Of a stretch of 64,000 nt of DNA, positions 9,684-19,657 are shown piece after piece; position 1 is the first letter of the stretch, and every line of letters starts with the position of its first letter. Location of the stretch: the NCBI GenBank assembly GCA_965221165.1, contig CBDCRP010000002.1, positions 928,001-992,000 of the forward strand. The letters are read 5' to 3'. The notes beneath the pieces were generated by a model. It was not told the DNA's origin. It did no database searches and saw only the letters and a list, made by a program, of their open reading frames with translations. Source of the DNA: a bacterium (GTDB lineage Bacteria > UBA8248). A program made the position numbers and the translations under genes.

Positions 9684-10424
9684 ATGCCGACCAGAACTGC
9701 CTCGCCAACCACTCGAAAACGAAAAATCCTGACACTCGCGGATAGATTATTATCTCGTTTCGGGAGGCCAAAGCGCATCAAACGAGGCAATCTTTTAGAT
9801 GCCCTGGTCGAAACCCTCCTTTCACAAAGCACGACCGACCATAACCGCGACCTGGCATTTAATTGCTTGAAAAAAACTTTTACCAACTGGGATGAAATCG
9901 CCGACGCCCCTCAAACGGATCTTGCTCGGGCAATTCGTTCTGCTGGTTTGGGCAATCAAAAAGCCGGGCGAATTCGAGACTTCCTCAGATGGCTTCGCAA
10001 GGACCGAGAGCATCTCTCTTTGGAATTTTTACATCAAAAATCAGATGATTTCACCGTGCAATATCTTACTCAGCACAAAGGCATCGGCGTCAAAACCGCT
10101 TATGTCACCTTGATGTTGGCCTCAAATCGTGATTTGTTCCCTATCGATGTTCACATTCACCGGATCATGATTCGCCTGGGCATAATCGACGAGAAAACCA
10201 CGCCCGAGAAATCTCACGCAGAACTCGCACCACTCATTCCCAAAGGGCGTGCCCATGAATTACACATGAATATGCTGAGTTTCGGGCGGACCATTTGCAC
10301 CGCTCGAAATCCGAAATGCACTGACTGTGATTTGAGGCGAATGTGTCACTACTACAAAGACAAGAACCCAAGGAAATCTAGAGGTGGAGAAATTAATCTT
10401 TCCCAAAAGCAAATCAGCCCATGA
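9684..10424 (+). CDS. nth: Endonuclease III / HhH-GPD glycosylase with 4Fe-4S cluster
   Basis: LLSQSTTD, GIGVKTA (HhH), PIDVHIHR, C-x6-C-x2-C-x5-C. Confidence 0.88.
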   Translation: MPTRTASPTTRKRKILTLADRLLSRFGRPKRIKRGNLLDALVETLLSQSTTDHNRDLAFNCLKKTFTNWDEIADAPQTDLARAIRSAGLGNQKAGRIRDFLRWLRKDREHLSLEFLHQKSDDFTVQYLTQHKGIGVKTAYVTLMLASNRDLFPIDVHIHRIMIRLGIIDEKTTPEKSHAELAPLIPKGRAHELHMNMLSFGRTICTARNPKCTDCDLRRMCHYYKDKNPRKSRGGEINLSQKQISP

Positions 10425-11317
10425 AATGGATCCAACTCATCGGGCCGGGAGAGTTGCTGGCAATCGCATCTTCCATCACATTCTCCGTGGCGCAAACTTT
10501 TCTCAGACAAGGAATGAGAAGCGTATCTCCACTCGCCACCGCCCTAGTAGTGAATGGAATCGTAAGCCTGGGCGGCCTCATCATATCCCTCTTAAAAGGC
10601 ACACTTCTTACTTCTAAACCAGAAGCAATCTTTTGGTATGCCGCAGTGGGAGTAACGGGTCCGACCATTGGAAGATATTGTTATTTGGTGGGCGTCTCCC
10701 GCATGGGGCTCAGCCGCACCGTGCCCATATCCTCCGCAGCTCCAATTTGGGGAACCCTGCTTGCAATCCTAATTTTGGGTGAAGCACCAACAACCATGGT
10801 CATACTCGGCACTCTCGGCATCGTCGTCGGCGTATCTATTCTCGGCATACAAGATGACAAGTCGCAATCTTTCAAAAGCTGGTTTCAAGGAGCGCTGATA
10901 TTCCCTCTCGCCGCGTCACTGGCCTATGCGGCGGCACCCATCTTCGCCAAACTCGCTTATGCACATCAACTGACGCCCAGCGTCGGCATGGCCGTATCCT
11001 TTGCTACGGCCAATTGCACTCTTCTTCTCACCAAGCCAATTCTGCCAGGGCAAAGAGATATTAAAGGTGACAAAAGAGGTTTCATATGGGTAGGAGGCGC
11101 GGGGCTCATCGGCATTTGTAGTTCCTACATGCTATGGACAGCCTTTACCTTGGCGAACGTATCCACCGCTCTGCCCTTGAGCCGGATCGCACCGATTTGG
11201 GTATTGATTCTGAGCTATTTTTTCTTAGGAAAACTCGAAACAATAAATCGTAAGACAGTTTTGGCCACAATTTGCGTTGTCGCAGGTGGAGTACTAATCA
11301 CCGCTTTCAGGAACTAA
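10421..11317 (+). CDS. DMT/EamA family transporter
   Basis: About 10 hydrophobic helices in two repeats; ILGE motif; ATGA overlap with the upstream gene. Confidence 0.88.
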   Translation: MKWIQLIGPGELLAIASSITFSVAQTFLRQGMRSVSPLATALVVNGIVSLGGLIISLLKGTLLTSKPEAIFWYAAVGVTGPTIGRYCYLVGVSRMGLSRTVPISSAAPIWGTLLAILILGEAPTTMVILGTLGIVVGVSILGIQDDKSQSFKSWFQGALIFPLAASLAYAAAPIFAKLAYAHQLTPSVGMAVSFATANCTLLLTKPILPGQRDIKGDKRGFIWVGGAGLIGICSSYMLWTAFTLANVSTALPLSRIAPIWVLILSYFFLGKLETINRKTVLATICVVAGGVLITAFRN

Positions 11318-11383
11318 CTCTCATGAGGTGAGCGAAACCCCAAACTTCTCCTTTGTGGCGAATCTCCACCCCCCCCCAAAACC

Positions 11384-12631
11384 CTACCTGCCCGCAGCGG
11401 CCTCGGCCACACGCGGGGAGTAGACGAGATCGTCCACCTGCGGAGGATCTTCAAGGAAACCTGCCGCTTTAAGCGTCAGCACATCGTTCGTGCCGTCCGA
11501 ATGTAGAAAACTCAAGGCATCACGCATGAGTTTCTCAATGGGGTTTTTCCGCATATACCCCGCCGCTCCCCATAGCTCCATAGCCGCTTGACAGACCTTT
11601 ACGGCGGACTCGGATGCGAATACCTTACTCAGCATAGCATTTTTCCTGTCCATTTCATCAAGTTGTGTGGACCACGCCGTACGCCACAAATAAGAACGAG
11701 ACGCTTCTATCTTCATCGCCATACGCGCGAGCCTCACTTGCTGAAGCTGGTGTTCAAGCAAAGGCACGCTTCCTTGAATTCTGGCATGCGCATACTGCAA
11801 AGAGAGATCATACGCACGTTGCGCAACACCCAAGACGGTGGCACCCGCCTGAATGTTACTTCCGTGCCTTATGAACAAATTGGCGAGTGCTGGCAAAGCC
11901 TGGCCCACTTCCCCGATTTGATCCTCTTCCGGAACTTCCACATCGTGAAACTCCAATGTGCCATTCTGAACACACCTTTGGCCGAGTTTGTCCCACACTT
12001 CCGTGACTTCAAAACCCTTGGCGTCAGAGGGAACCAAAAAGGCCGTGAGGCTATTCATCATGGGATTATTCTTATCCGTGCGGGCGGCAATTTGATAAAC
12101 TTTGGCGAGGCCCCCATTCGAGATGTAACGTTTGGAGCCGTTCAGCACCCACCGGTCTCCTTTTTTTTCAGCATACGTCTGTATTCCAGCACCAGGATTT
12201 TGATTGGGCCATACATTGTCACTACCCGCCATAGGCTCCGTCCAGGCTGTCCCCAGAATACATTCATCATCATCCATTATTTTGGGAAGCCAGCGTTTTT
12301 GCTGTTCTTCATTCGCCATGTTGGCAATCGATGTCATGATCTTCCATGTCTGGTCAAAGGCAACAGCAAGCCCCAAGTCACCATACGCCAGGGTTTCACC
12401 CACAATAGCGCAGGAAAGTACATCAGCGCCTTCACCTCCAAATTCTTTCGGGACGGTAAGCGTTCTGAGACCTCTCCTTGAACCTTCTCTGATGACTTCC
12501 CAGTTAAAAGATTTTTCAGGGTCCTCTATGCGGTCCGCGACCTCCGCGGCGGGAATCATCACTTCGGTAGCGAATCTTTTCGCAATATCTCTGAGTTCAG
12601 TCTGCCGGGGTGTAAGTTGGAAATCGACCAT
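11384..12631 (-). CDS. Acyl-CoA dehydrogenase family flavoprotein
   Basis: TEPMAGSD, LNGSKRYISNG, WGAAGY, EKLMRDA; SD GGGAGG 9 nt upstream of MVDF. Confidence 0.92.
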   Translation of the reverse strand: MVDFQLTPRQTELRDIAKRFATEVMIPAAEVADRIEDPEKSFNWEVIREGSRRGLRTLTVPKEFGGEGADVLSCAIVGETLAYGDLGLAVAFDQTWKIMTSIANMANEEQQKRWLPKIMDDDECILGTAWTEPMAGSDNVWPNQNPGAGIQTYAEKKGDRWVLNGSKRYISNGGLAKVYQIAARTDKNNPMMNSLTAFLVPSDAKGFEVTEVWDKLGQRCVQNGTLEFHDVEVPEEDQIGEVGQALPALANLFIRHGSNIQAGATVLGVAQRAYDLSLQYAHARIQGSVPLLEHQLQQVRLARMAMKIEASRSYLWRTAWSTQLDEMDRKNAMLSKVFASESAVKVCQAAMELWGAAGYMRKNPIEKLMRDALSFLHSDGTNDVLTLKAAGFLEDPPQVDDLVYSPRVAEAAAGR

Positions 12632-12761
12632 CGGTTTCATCCTCCCAAGAGAACACATGTCATGGCTATTTCATCGCGATGAAATTGTTGTGAATCATTA
12701 TGCCAAGGAGAACCCGTGTTTGAGTTCCCGTGTTTGCTAATGCGCAGAATGGGAGAGCATT

Positions 12762-13160
12762 TTACTGATCCAATGGATTCTCGCATAACTCGATGCGAAT
12801 GTTTCCGGGTCCTCTAACGTAGGCGATCATGCGCCCTCCAATACCACGGCGCACGGGCTCTACCATAATCTCCGCTCCTTTGTTTCTTAGCCATTCGACT
12901 GATGCTTTCACATCCGGGACTCCAAACCCAAAATGGTCCAAACCCTGAACCAACTCCGGCCCCACGGAATCTGGCGTTTCTTCAGGTCTGATGCCGCGCG
13001 CGAATATCACCAAGCGACCGATCTGAATCGCCGCGTTGGGCGAGCCCTTGAAGTCCTCATCGTAGCGAATAATTTCAGCGTCAAATATCTTTTGAAAATA
13101 CTCCGCAAACGCCTTCACGTCCGCACAGACATAATGAATGTGATCAAAACCAAATTCCAT
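12762..13160 (-). CDS. VOC/glyoxalase family protein
   Basis: FDHIH, GLDHFGF, GPGNIRIEL. Confidence 0.9.
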   Translation of the reverse strand: MEFGFDHIHYVCADVKAFAEYFQKIFDAEIIRYDEDFKGSPNAAIQIGRLVIFARGIRPEETPDSVGPELVQGLDHFGFGVPDVKASVEWLRNKGAEIMVEPVRRGIGGRMIAYVRGPGNIRIELCENPLDQ

Positions 13161-13180
13161 CAAATTCCTCAAATATGAGA

Positions 13181-14890
13181 TTACGGCATGATAATGACAG
13201 GAGAATCTTCCGAATCTGCACTTTCTAAAACGTCGCTATTCTCAGCACCCTCTTCTCCCATTTCCCCCTTCTCGTCCTGAGATGTCTGAACTTGACGGAT
13301 AATTCTCTCAAGCATCACATTGATAGAGTATTGAACCATTTCGACAAGTAGGGACGTGGGTTCATCCGTATCCGCTCGCACCTCATCCGCTAGCGTCACA
13401 CATTCACGTGCCATTGCTTCATCACCCGCTTGATGGAAAATATATCCATTGTCTTCCAACTGGCCCGCAATACACTCTCGCAATGCCATGTCCTGAAAAA
13501 TTTCTTTCGCGCCTTTTTCCACTATCTGTTGAAGGCGTTCTTTTTTCTGCCTTTCATCCATCGCCACCTGACTTTCCATCGACTGCAAAAATTCCTGAAA
13601 ATACGGCGCCACGCGCTCCTCATCCATCACCCAACTCCAAAAAGGTCGATGGGCGAATATCGCGCGTACTTCCATCCTCTTCTCGTCTTCTGCAAGAGAA
13701 TTCACCATTCCGCGTATAGGGTGTAGCCCTTCCAAGGGAAACATATTAGTCTCTGCCAAGGGATCGAGCATGAGCTTCGCGTGTGTAAAGCCACGGGGAA
13801 GCGGCGTTTCTCCCGCCTCATTTTCGCGCTGACTGCGCTCAAGAAGCCAAATGGCATAACCAGCAGGCACTTCTTGTGATGCCAAGGTGGGAATTTCTGA
13901 AATTCGGCGGAAAACATTTCTCAACTCTTTAGCGCTCATTTCCGCATCCGTGAATTCAACAATTCCCCGTCCCCGATGCAACCGCGCCTGGACAAGATAC
14001 CTTCCACGGGGAACACGAGAACGGGCAAGCCACAAAAGCATCTGCCCACGGCCGTCTACGGCACTCACCACAGCATGAACATAATCCGGATAATTGGTTC
14101 GGTGGGCAGTGCGCATTCCCGTATCGGAGAATTTTTCAATTTCTATGCCCTTGTTTTTCAATCGGAATATCGCTTTGCGAATTCGGGACAACGTATCTTT
14201 GTCTTTGGTGGATTCCAAGAGCTTATGAAGCGCAGTTGCAGCATCACGCGTACCCATTTGTGCTAGGATTTCAATGAAATGTGCAGGTGGCAGTGTTCCT
14301 TCCTGGGCCATCGTTTCAGCCAGCCCGAGCGCGCGTGTTTCTGAAACACCACCCATGTTTTCAAAATTGTCACGCAATGCCACTTCCTGTAAAAAAGAAG
14401 GCATGTTTTTCAATGACGATACGACAGATTTTGCGGAATCAACCGTCAGAGACTCATTTTTCCTTAATTGTTCGGAAATCTCCCGGGCCTCACTTAAACT
14501 TTCTGCATCGAAGCCATTCGGCAATTCCGCTTTCGCACCCAACGCTCTGAGAGTATCGAGGAGCGCGGTGAGTCCGGGTATCGACCAACGCATCGTCTGA
14601 ATGAGAGAAATGAGTTTTGGGACGACGGACACATCTCCCAACTCGCGTAGAGCGAGAAGCGTGGGGATACGCCCCTCTGGAGTGGTGGAAGACAGATGGT
14701 TCAATACACCGGCGATCCCAGCCTCTCCCATTTCCTTGATTTCATCCAAAAGGGGTGCGGGCGCCATGGCGCCCGGTGGAGCAGGTACCGTAAACGACGC
14801 TTCAAGGCCAGCTGCCACGGCGGCAGCCCGAACTAGATCTTCTTTTAAAAAAGTTTTTTTCGAGGCTTTCATCCTCGATTTCTTTGCCAA
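13181..14890 (-). CDS. Hypothetical protein with HEAT/ARM-like helical N-half
   Basis: Long ORF; probable TTG start after GGGAG; helical repeats (LLALRELGD, LAQMGTRDAATALHKL, IRKAIFRLKNKGI); acidic tail. Confidence 0.75.
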   Translation of the reverse strand: MAKKSRMKASKKTFLKEDLVRAAAVAAGLEASFTVPAPPGAMAPAPLLDEIKEMGEAGIAGVLNHLSSTTPEGRIPTLLALRELGDVSVVPKLISLIQTMRWSIPGLTALLDTLRALGAKAELPNGFDAESLSEAREISEQLRKNESLTVDSAKSVVSSLKNMPSFLQEVALRDNFENMGGVSETRALGLAETMAQEGTLPPAHFIEILAQMGTRDAATALHKLLESTKDKDTLSRIRKAIFRLKNKGIEIEKFSDTGMRTAHRTNYPDYVHAVVSAVDGRGQMLLWLARSRVPRGRYLVQARLHRGRGIVEFTDAEMSAKELRNVFRRISEIPTLASQEVPAGYAIWLLERSQRENEAGETPLPRGFTHAKLMLDPLAETNMFPLEGLHPIRGMVNSLAEDEKRMEVRAIFAHRPFWSWVMDEERVAPYFQEFLQSMESQVAMDERQKKERLQQIVEKGAKEIFQDMALRECIAGQLEDNGYIFHQAGDEAMARECVTLADEVRADTDEPTSLLVEMVQYSINVMLERIIRQVQTSQDEKGEMGEEGAENSDVLESADSEDSPVIIMP

Positions 14891-15049
14891 AATCGTTTCT
14901 CCCGTAACATTCAGCTTAAAATTTACATCATCGGGGGGTATGGCGCGTACTGTCAAGACGATGTCGAGCAGCGCCTTTCCCTTTTTCGCTTTTGCCAACC
15001 ACAACTCACACATGACACAATTATCGATATATAGGTTTTTGGAGATAAC

Positions 15050-16039
15050 GTGAAATTTCGATTTGCCCATTGCGGTGATTTCCATCTCGGTTATGACTTC
15101 GACTACCTCCCACCTCGTAAAGCCGCCGCGCGGCAAGCCGATCTTCGAGTGGCGTTTTTTCGTTCTGTTCGCGAAACACTCAAATGGGGCGCGCAGGTAT
15201 TCCTCATCTCGGGTGACCTGTTCGACACCTCTCATCCAAGCGAGCGTGACGTTGAAATCGTTTCGAAGAATCTTGCACATTTATCCAAAAAAGGTGTGCG
15301 CTGTTTCGCCATCCCCGGCAATCATGACCCGATACAACCCAAATCCGTGTGGAACCTGCCCCAAATTGCGAAAAACATTCATCTTTTCCACAGTGATCCT
15401 TCCTCGGAATTGGATCAGGAAAGTATTACTGAACTCAACCTCACGGTCGCTGGAATCCCCTGGGACATCAAAGATGCTTTCAAATCTCCTTTGCAGGAAA
15501 TCCTCAAACAGAAACTTCGTTTGAACGATAGATCCATCTTGCTTTTGCATGGCTCAGAAGCCGCCCTCGCTTCGGAACACCCCGCATTCAAGGAACATCC
15601 GTTCCAAGCAGAAGATCTGAAGCGTCTGCCCTTTGGGTATGTGGCGATAGGCCATTACCATAAACCCTTGGATGTCGCCCGGTGGAGTGGCGGCGGCGCA
15701 TGCTACAGCGGTTCGCCTGAAGGGTTGCGCTTTAGCGAGCATAATCTAGGTGCCCGCTCCATGGTCTTAGGAGAAATGGATGATAGGGGTTCTCTTGTGC
15801 AGGTGAAGCGAAAATCCCTCAATGCGCGCACTATGAGAACGCTCTCTTATTCATCTGGCGATGGGACTACGGCAGACGACTGGTTTCGGGCCATTGATGA
15901 TATGAGAAATCCGGATACCCTTTTGCGGGTGCGCGTGCCCAAACAACAAGGCTACCAACAAAGGAGGGCGGAAGTCCTCTTATCCTCCCTATGTAGTGAT
16001 TTTTTCTATCTGGACATCGTATGGGAATCGCCCTCTTGA
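15050..16039 (+). CDS. SbcD/Mre11/YhaO-like metallophosphoesterase (DNA repair exonuclease)
   Basis: DFHLG, GDLFD, GNHD, LHG, GHYH, YSGSPE. Confidence 0.9.
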   Translation: MKFRFAHCGDFHLGYDFDYLPPRKAAARQADLRVAFFRSVRETLKWGAQVFLISGDLFDTSHPSERDVEIVSKNLAHLSKKGVRCFAIPGNHDPIQPKSVWNLPQIAKNIHLFHSDPSSELDQESITELNLTVAGIPWDIKDAFKSPLQEILKQKLRLNDRSILLLHGSEAALASEHPAFKEHPFQAEDLKRLPFGYVAIGHYHKPLDVARWSGGGACYSGSPEGLRFSEHNLGARSMVLGEMDDRGSLVQVKRKSLNARTMRTLSYSSGDGTTADDWFRAIDDMRNPDTLLRVRVPKQQGYQQRRAEVLLSSLCSDFFYLDIVWESPS

Positions 16040-16824
16040 GCAAAAACATTTGGTGTGATGTCGCCTTTGCTCACCCGGAAATTCCTGTTCGACTTCAAGA
16101 TGCGTATCATGCACGTGGGGAAAACACACAAAATATAGTATGTGTCGTGATAGACATATTAAGGGCCACTTCGAATATCGCCGTTATTTTGGAGAATGGA
16201 TGTCCTGCCATATATCCTTGCGCATCTCCTGAAAAAGCGCTTGAATTGGCCGAAAAGCTACGGCTCCGACATGGTTCTGAAAAAATACTCCTGGGCGGGG
16301 AGCAAGACGGCAAACCCATTGAGGGATTTGACGGAGGAAATTCTCCTCTTGAATACACACGCCGGAGAATCAGCGGAAAAACTTTGATCCTCTCCACGAG
16401 CAACGGAACCAAAACACTCTCTGCCGTAAAGAGTTGCGGAGAAATTTTCACTGCCGCTTTCGTGAATATCACCGCAATTGCCCGACGCGTAACGTCCATC
16501 CTGCATGATAATCCGGGCCAATCTCTTTTGATCGCCTGCTCAGGTCGCGAAGGAGGCTATTGCGAAGAAGATACCGTGGGGGCGGGAATCTTCTTGCATC
16601 TCTTGTCTGAAAATTTAGATACCCTGGAGTTCTCCGATACCGCTCGAGCAGCCCTCCAAGTCGCCAAAAGTGCTGAAAAAAACCTAGAAAAAATGCTTTT
16701 TGATAGCCGCTGGGGGAAACACTTGTTCGCCTTAGGACTCGAAAATGACATATCCTTCTGTGCGCAGAAGGACATAACGAGCATCGTTCCCAGACTAGAT
16801 GACGGGGTGATAAGGATCGCTTAA
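16036..16824 (+). CDS. comB: 2-phosphosulfolactate phosphatase family
   Basis: VIDILRATS, GGEQDG, GNSP, STSNGT, EDTVGAG; TTGA overlap with the upstream stop. Confidence 0.9.
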   Translation: MSKNIWCDVAFAHPEIPVRLQDAYHARGENTQNIVCVVIDILRATSNIAVILENGCPAIYPCASPEKALELAEKLRLRHGSEKILLGGEQDGKPIEGFDGGNSPLEYTRRRISGKTLILSTSNGTKTLSAVKSCGEIFTAAFVNITAIARRVTSILHDNPGQSLLIACSGREGGYCEEDTVGAGIFLHLLSENLDTLEFSDTARAALQVAKSAEKNLEKMLFDSRWGKHLFALGLENDISFCAQKDITSIVPRLDDGVIRIA

Positions 16825-17633
16825 GTTTCAATTCCCTTTGGAAATATACCTTCGACCAAAGTTTCTACTTTCGGGGAATTCGCCCCAGGCTTCAGATGGA
16901 GAAAAAACTCGCGGTTTCCTTTTGCACCCATAATCACACTCAAGGCGATTCCTTGAGGAGCTAATTTCATTCGGAGACTTTCATCCCAAATGCGAATGAG
17001 TACTTCACGGTGCAGTTCGGGGTCGCGGACTATTCCTCCCTTCCCGACACGGCCTTTACCCACTTCGAACTGTGGTTTGATGAGAACGACTATCTCTCCA
17101 CCTTCCCCTAACAACTCATGAATCGGCCCGAGCACCTTCGTGACGGAGATGAATGAAACATCCATGACGCATAAGCTTGGTCTTTCTTCTCCCGCCAGCA
17201 TTCGAAAAGTCTCAAGTGTCAAATGCCTGGCGTTCACACCCTCCAAAAGGGTGACTCTAGGATCATTTCTCAATTTCCAGTCAATCAAGCCCTTTCCAAC
17301 ATCCACAGACGTGACGCGGCGGGCGCCACGAGCGAGCAGCACATCGGTGAATCCGCCCGTCGATGCGCCGATATCCACACAATATCTTCCTTCCGGATGA
17401 ATAGAAAAAACATCCAGCGCAGCCGCGAGTTTTATCCCACCACGGCTCACATAGGGGCAAGTATCTTCTTTGAGGGTGATTGATGCGTCTTGCGAAAATG
17501 CAGAACCCGCCTTTGTGGCGGGTTTGCCGTCAACGCTCACAAGACCTGCCAAAATCAGACTGCGCGCACGTTCCCGGCTTGGGGCCAGCGCACGTTGAAC
17601 GACTAGCCTATCAAGCCTCTGTTTTCTTGCCAT
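16821..17633 (-). CDS. tlyA: TlyA rRNA 2'-O-methyltransferase
   Basis: S4 domain, YVSRGGIKL, DIGASTGGFT, DVSFIS, LIKPQFE, GNREF. Confidence 0.96.
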   Translation of the reverse strand: MARKQRLDRLVVQRALAPSRERARSLILAGLVSVDGKPATKAGSAFSQDASITLKEDTCPYVSRGGIKLAAALDVFSIHPEGRYCVDIGASTGGFTDVLLARGARRVTSVDVGKGLIDWKLRNDPRVTLLEGVNARHLTLETFRMLAGEERPSLCVMDVSFISVTKVLGPIHELLGEGGEIVVLIKPQFEVGKGRVGKGGIVRDPELHREVLIRIWDESLRMKLAPQGIALSVIMGAKGNREFFLHLKPGANSPKVETLVEGIFPKGIET

Positions 17634-19545
17634 GGGCCGCCAGGTCGGCAGAATCAGGCTCGACTTTCATCAAATCACGAGCTGCTTGCGTAATTTCGCC
17701 TGACGTGAGCCCACAATTCTCGCGCTGGAATTGAGGCGCCCCGTGCTCAATAAAACGGTCGGGAATACCCAAAACCGTCACGGAAACATCTCGCATGCCA
17801 TGCGCCGCCAAAAGTTCCAAAACACCGGCACCCATCCCGCCTATGCGCGTCCCTTCCTCGATCGTTACGACGCGCTTACATTGCCTTACGAGTTCTAAAA
17901 CCTTCTCCTCATCCATCGGCTTGACAAAGCGAAGGTTCAAAACCGATGCCTGTATTCCGAGTTCCTCTAATTGCGCAGCGGACTCCATTGAGAGGCCCAC
18001 CATGGGGCCCAAGGCAATGAGCGCCACATCATCGCCATCACGGAGCAGTTCCGCTTCTCCGATAGGAATGGTCTCGATATTTTCATCCATCAGCACCCCC
18101 TCGCCAGCACCACGCGCAAAGCGCAACGCAGCCGGCCCGGGATATTCGATGGCTGTCAGAACCATTTTCTGAAGCTCATTTTCGTCTTTAGGCGACATAA
18201 TTACCATGTTCGGCAAACACCGAAGATAGGCCAAGTCATAAGCACCCTGGTGAGTGGGACCATCATCACCCACAAGACCGGCTCGGTCCAGCGCAAAGGT
18301 GACGGGCACATTCGTGAGGCAGACATCATGGATGATTTGATCGTAGGCACGCTGTAAAAATGTACTGTAAATGGCGGCGACCGGCTTCATCCCCTCAAGC
18401 GCCAGTCCTGCGGCAAAAGTTACTGCATGTTGTTCACACATCCCTACGTCAAAGCAGCGATCTGGCAATACTTTTTGATAGTTCACCAGAGCCGTGCCCT
18501 CGAGCATGGCTGCTGAAATGGCCACTATCTTTTCATCTTTTTGGCTGAGTTTGATCATCGTATCGGTAAAAACTTTAGAATAGCCGGGAGGCCCGGGCGC
18601 TTTTTTGTGGAATTTACCGGATTCGGGGTCGAATTTCGTTACGCCATGATAAGTGATGGGTTCTGCTTCACTGTAGGGATACCCATGGCCTTTGCGGGTA
18701 ACGACGTGAACCAGATTGGGGCCATCTAAATTTTTCACATTTCTCAAAGTGGGAATCAGCAAATCCAGCCTGTGGCCATCGACCGGTCCGATATACCGAA
18801 AACCCAACTCCTCAAACAAAATGCCCGGCACGATGATATTTTTCAGAGACTCCTCGATCCTGTCCATCAGGGTGACCGCATGGCCACCCACCAAGGGAAG
18901 GTGACTGACTATCTTCTGAACTTCACCCCGCACCTTACGCGCCCGGTTGGCCCATTCACCCGTCATGATTCGCGCGAGATATGAGCACATGGCACCCACG
19001 TTATGCGAAATTCCCATTTTATTGTCATTCAGAATAACGGTGAGGTTTCTCTTCGCATCGCCGGCATTGTTGAGCCCTTCCATCGCCATACCGGCCGTTA
19101 AACTGCCATCCCCGATGACCGCAACAACCTGAAAGTCCTCTCCCGAGAGATCTCGCGCCGTCGCCATGCCCAGCGCAGCCGATATGGATGTGCCTCCATG
19201 CGCCACATTCAGATGGTCATATTCGCTCTCACGCCTGTCCGGGAAACCAGCGATTCCTTCCCATTGTCTCAGCGTATGGAACTGATCCCGGCGCCCTGTG
19301 AGAATCTTATGTGTATATGCTTGATGGCCAACATCCCAAATCAACTTGTCTTTTGGCGTATCGTAGAGATAGTGAAGCGCTACAACCAGTTCCGCAGCTC
19401 CCAAGGAGGCGCCAAGGTGCCCACCCGTATTGGATGTCACCTGAATGATCATGTCGCGAAGTTCATCCACGACTTGGGGAAGCTCGTCTTCCGGCAGTCG
19501 CCTCAAATCCGCCGGGCTATCAACGCGCTCGAGCAGTTCGCCCAT
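17611..19545 (-). CDS. dxs: 1-deoxy-D-xylulose-5-phosphate synthase
   Basis: GGHLGASLG, WDVGHQAY, GDGSLTAG, YSTFLQRAYDQ, DRAGLVG. Confidence 0.98.
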   Translation of the reverse strand: MGELLERVDSPADLRRLPEDELPQVVDELRDMIIQVTSNTGGHLGASLGAAELVVALHYLYDTPKDKLIWDVGHQAYTHKILTGRRDQFHTLRQWEGIAGFPDRRESEYDHLNVAHGGTSISAALGMATARDLSGEDFQVVAVIGDGSLTAGMAMEGLNNAGDAKRNLTVILNDNKMGISHNVGAMCSYLARIMTGEWANRARKVRGEVQKIVSHLPLVGGHAVTLMDRIEESLKNIIVPGILFEELGFRYIGPVDGHRLDLLIPTLRNVKNLDGPNLVHVVTRKGHGYPYSEAEPITYHGVTKFDPESGKFHKKAPGPPGYSKVFTDTMIKLSQKDEKIVAISAAMLEGTALVNYQKVLPDRCFDVGMCEQHAVTFAAGLALEGMKPVAAIYSTFLQRAYDQIIHDVCLTNVPVTFALDRAGLVGDDGPTHQGAYDLAYLRCLPNMVIMSPKDENELQKMVLTAIEYPGPAALRFARGAGEGVLMDENIETIPIGEAELLRDGDDVALIALGPMVGLSMESAAQLEELGIQASVLNLRFVKPMDEEKVLELVRQCKRVVTIEEGTRIGGMGAGVLELLAAHGMRDVSVTVLGIPDRFIEHGAPQFQRENCGLTSGEITQAARDLMKVEPDSADLAAHGKKTEA

Positions 19546-19657
19546 ATCATCTCCCCCAGGGAAGTGATTTCAAAACTTATTTTGCGCCATTACTCAAATA
19601 TCTCTGATTCTGACATTCCACCTCTTTCAAAGGCTAGCCAAGCACTATAGTCAATCA

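Noticed and set aside
14920-14950. dif-like site (AATTTACATCA..) in the low-GC trough
   Set aside because: Only a partial XerD-arm match; the XerC arm and spacer are poor.
14891-15280. N-terminal extension of the 699-aa ORF
   Set aside because: Overlaps the divergent nuclease gene; a better SD/TTG start lies at 14890.
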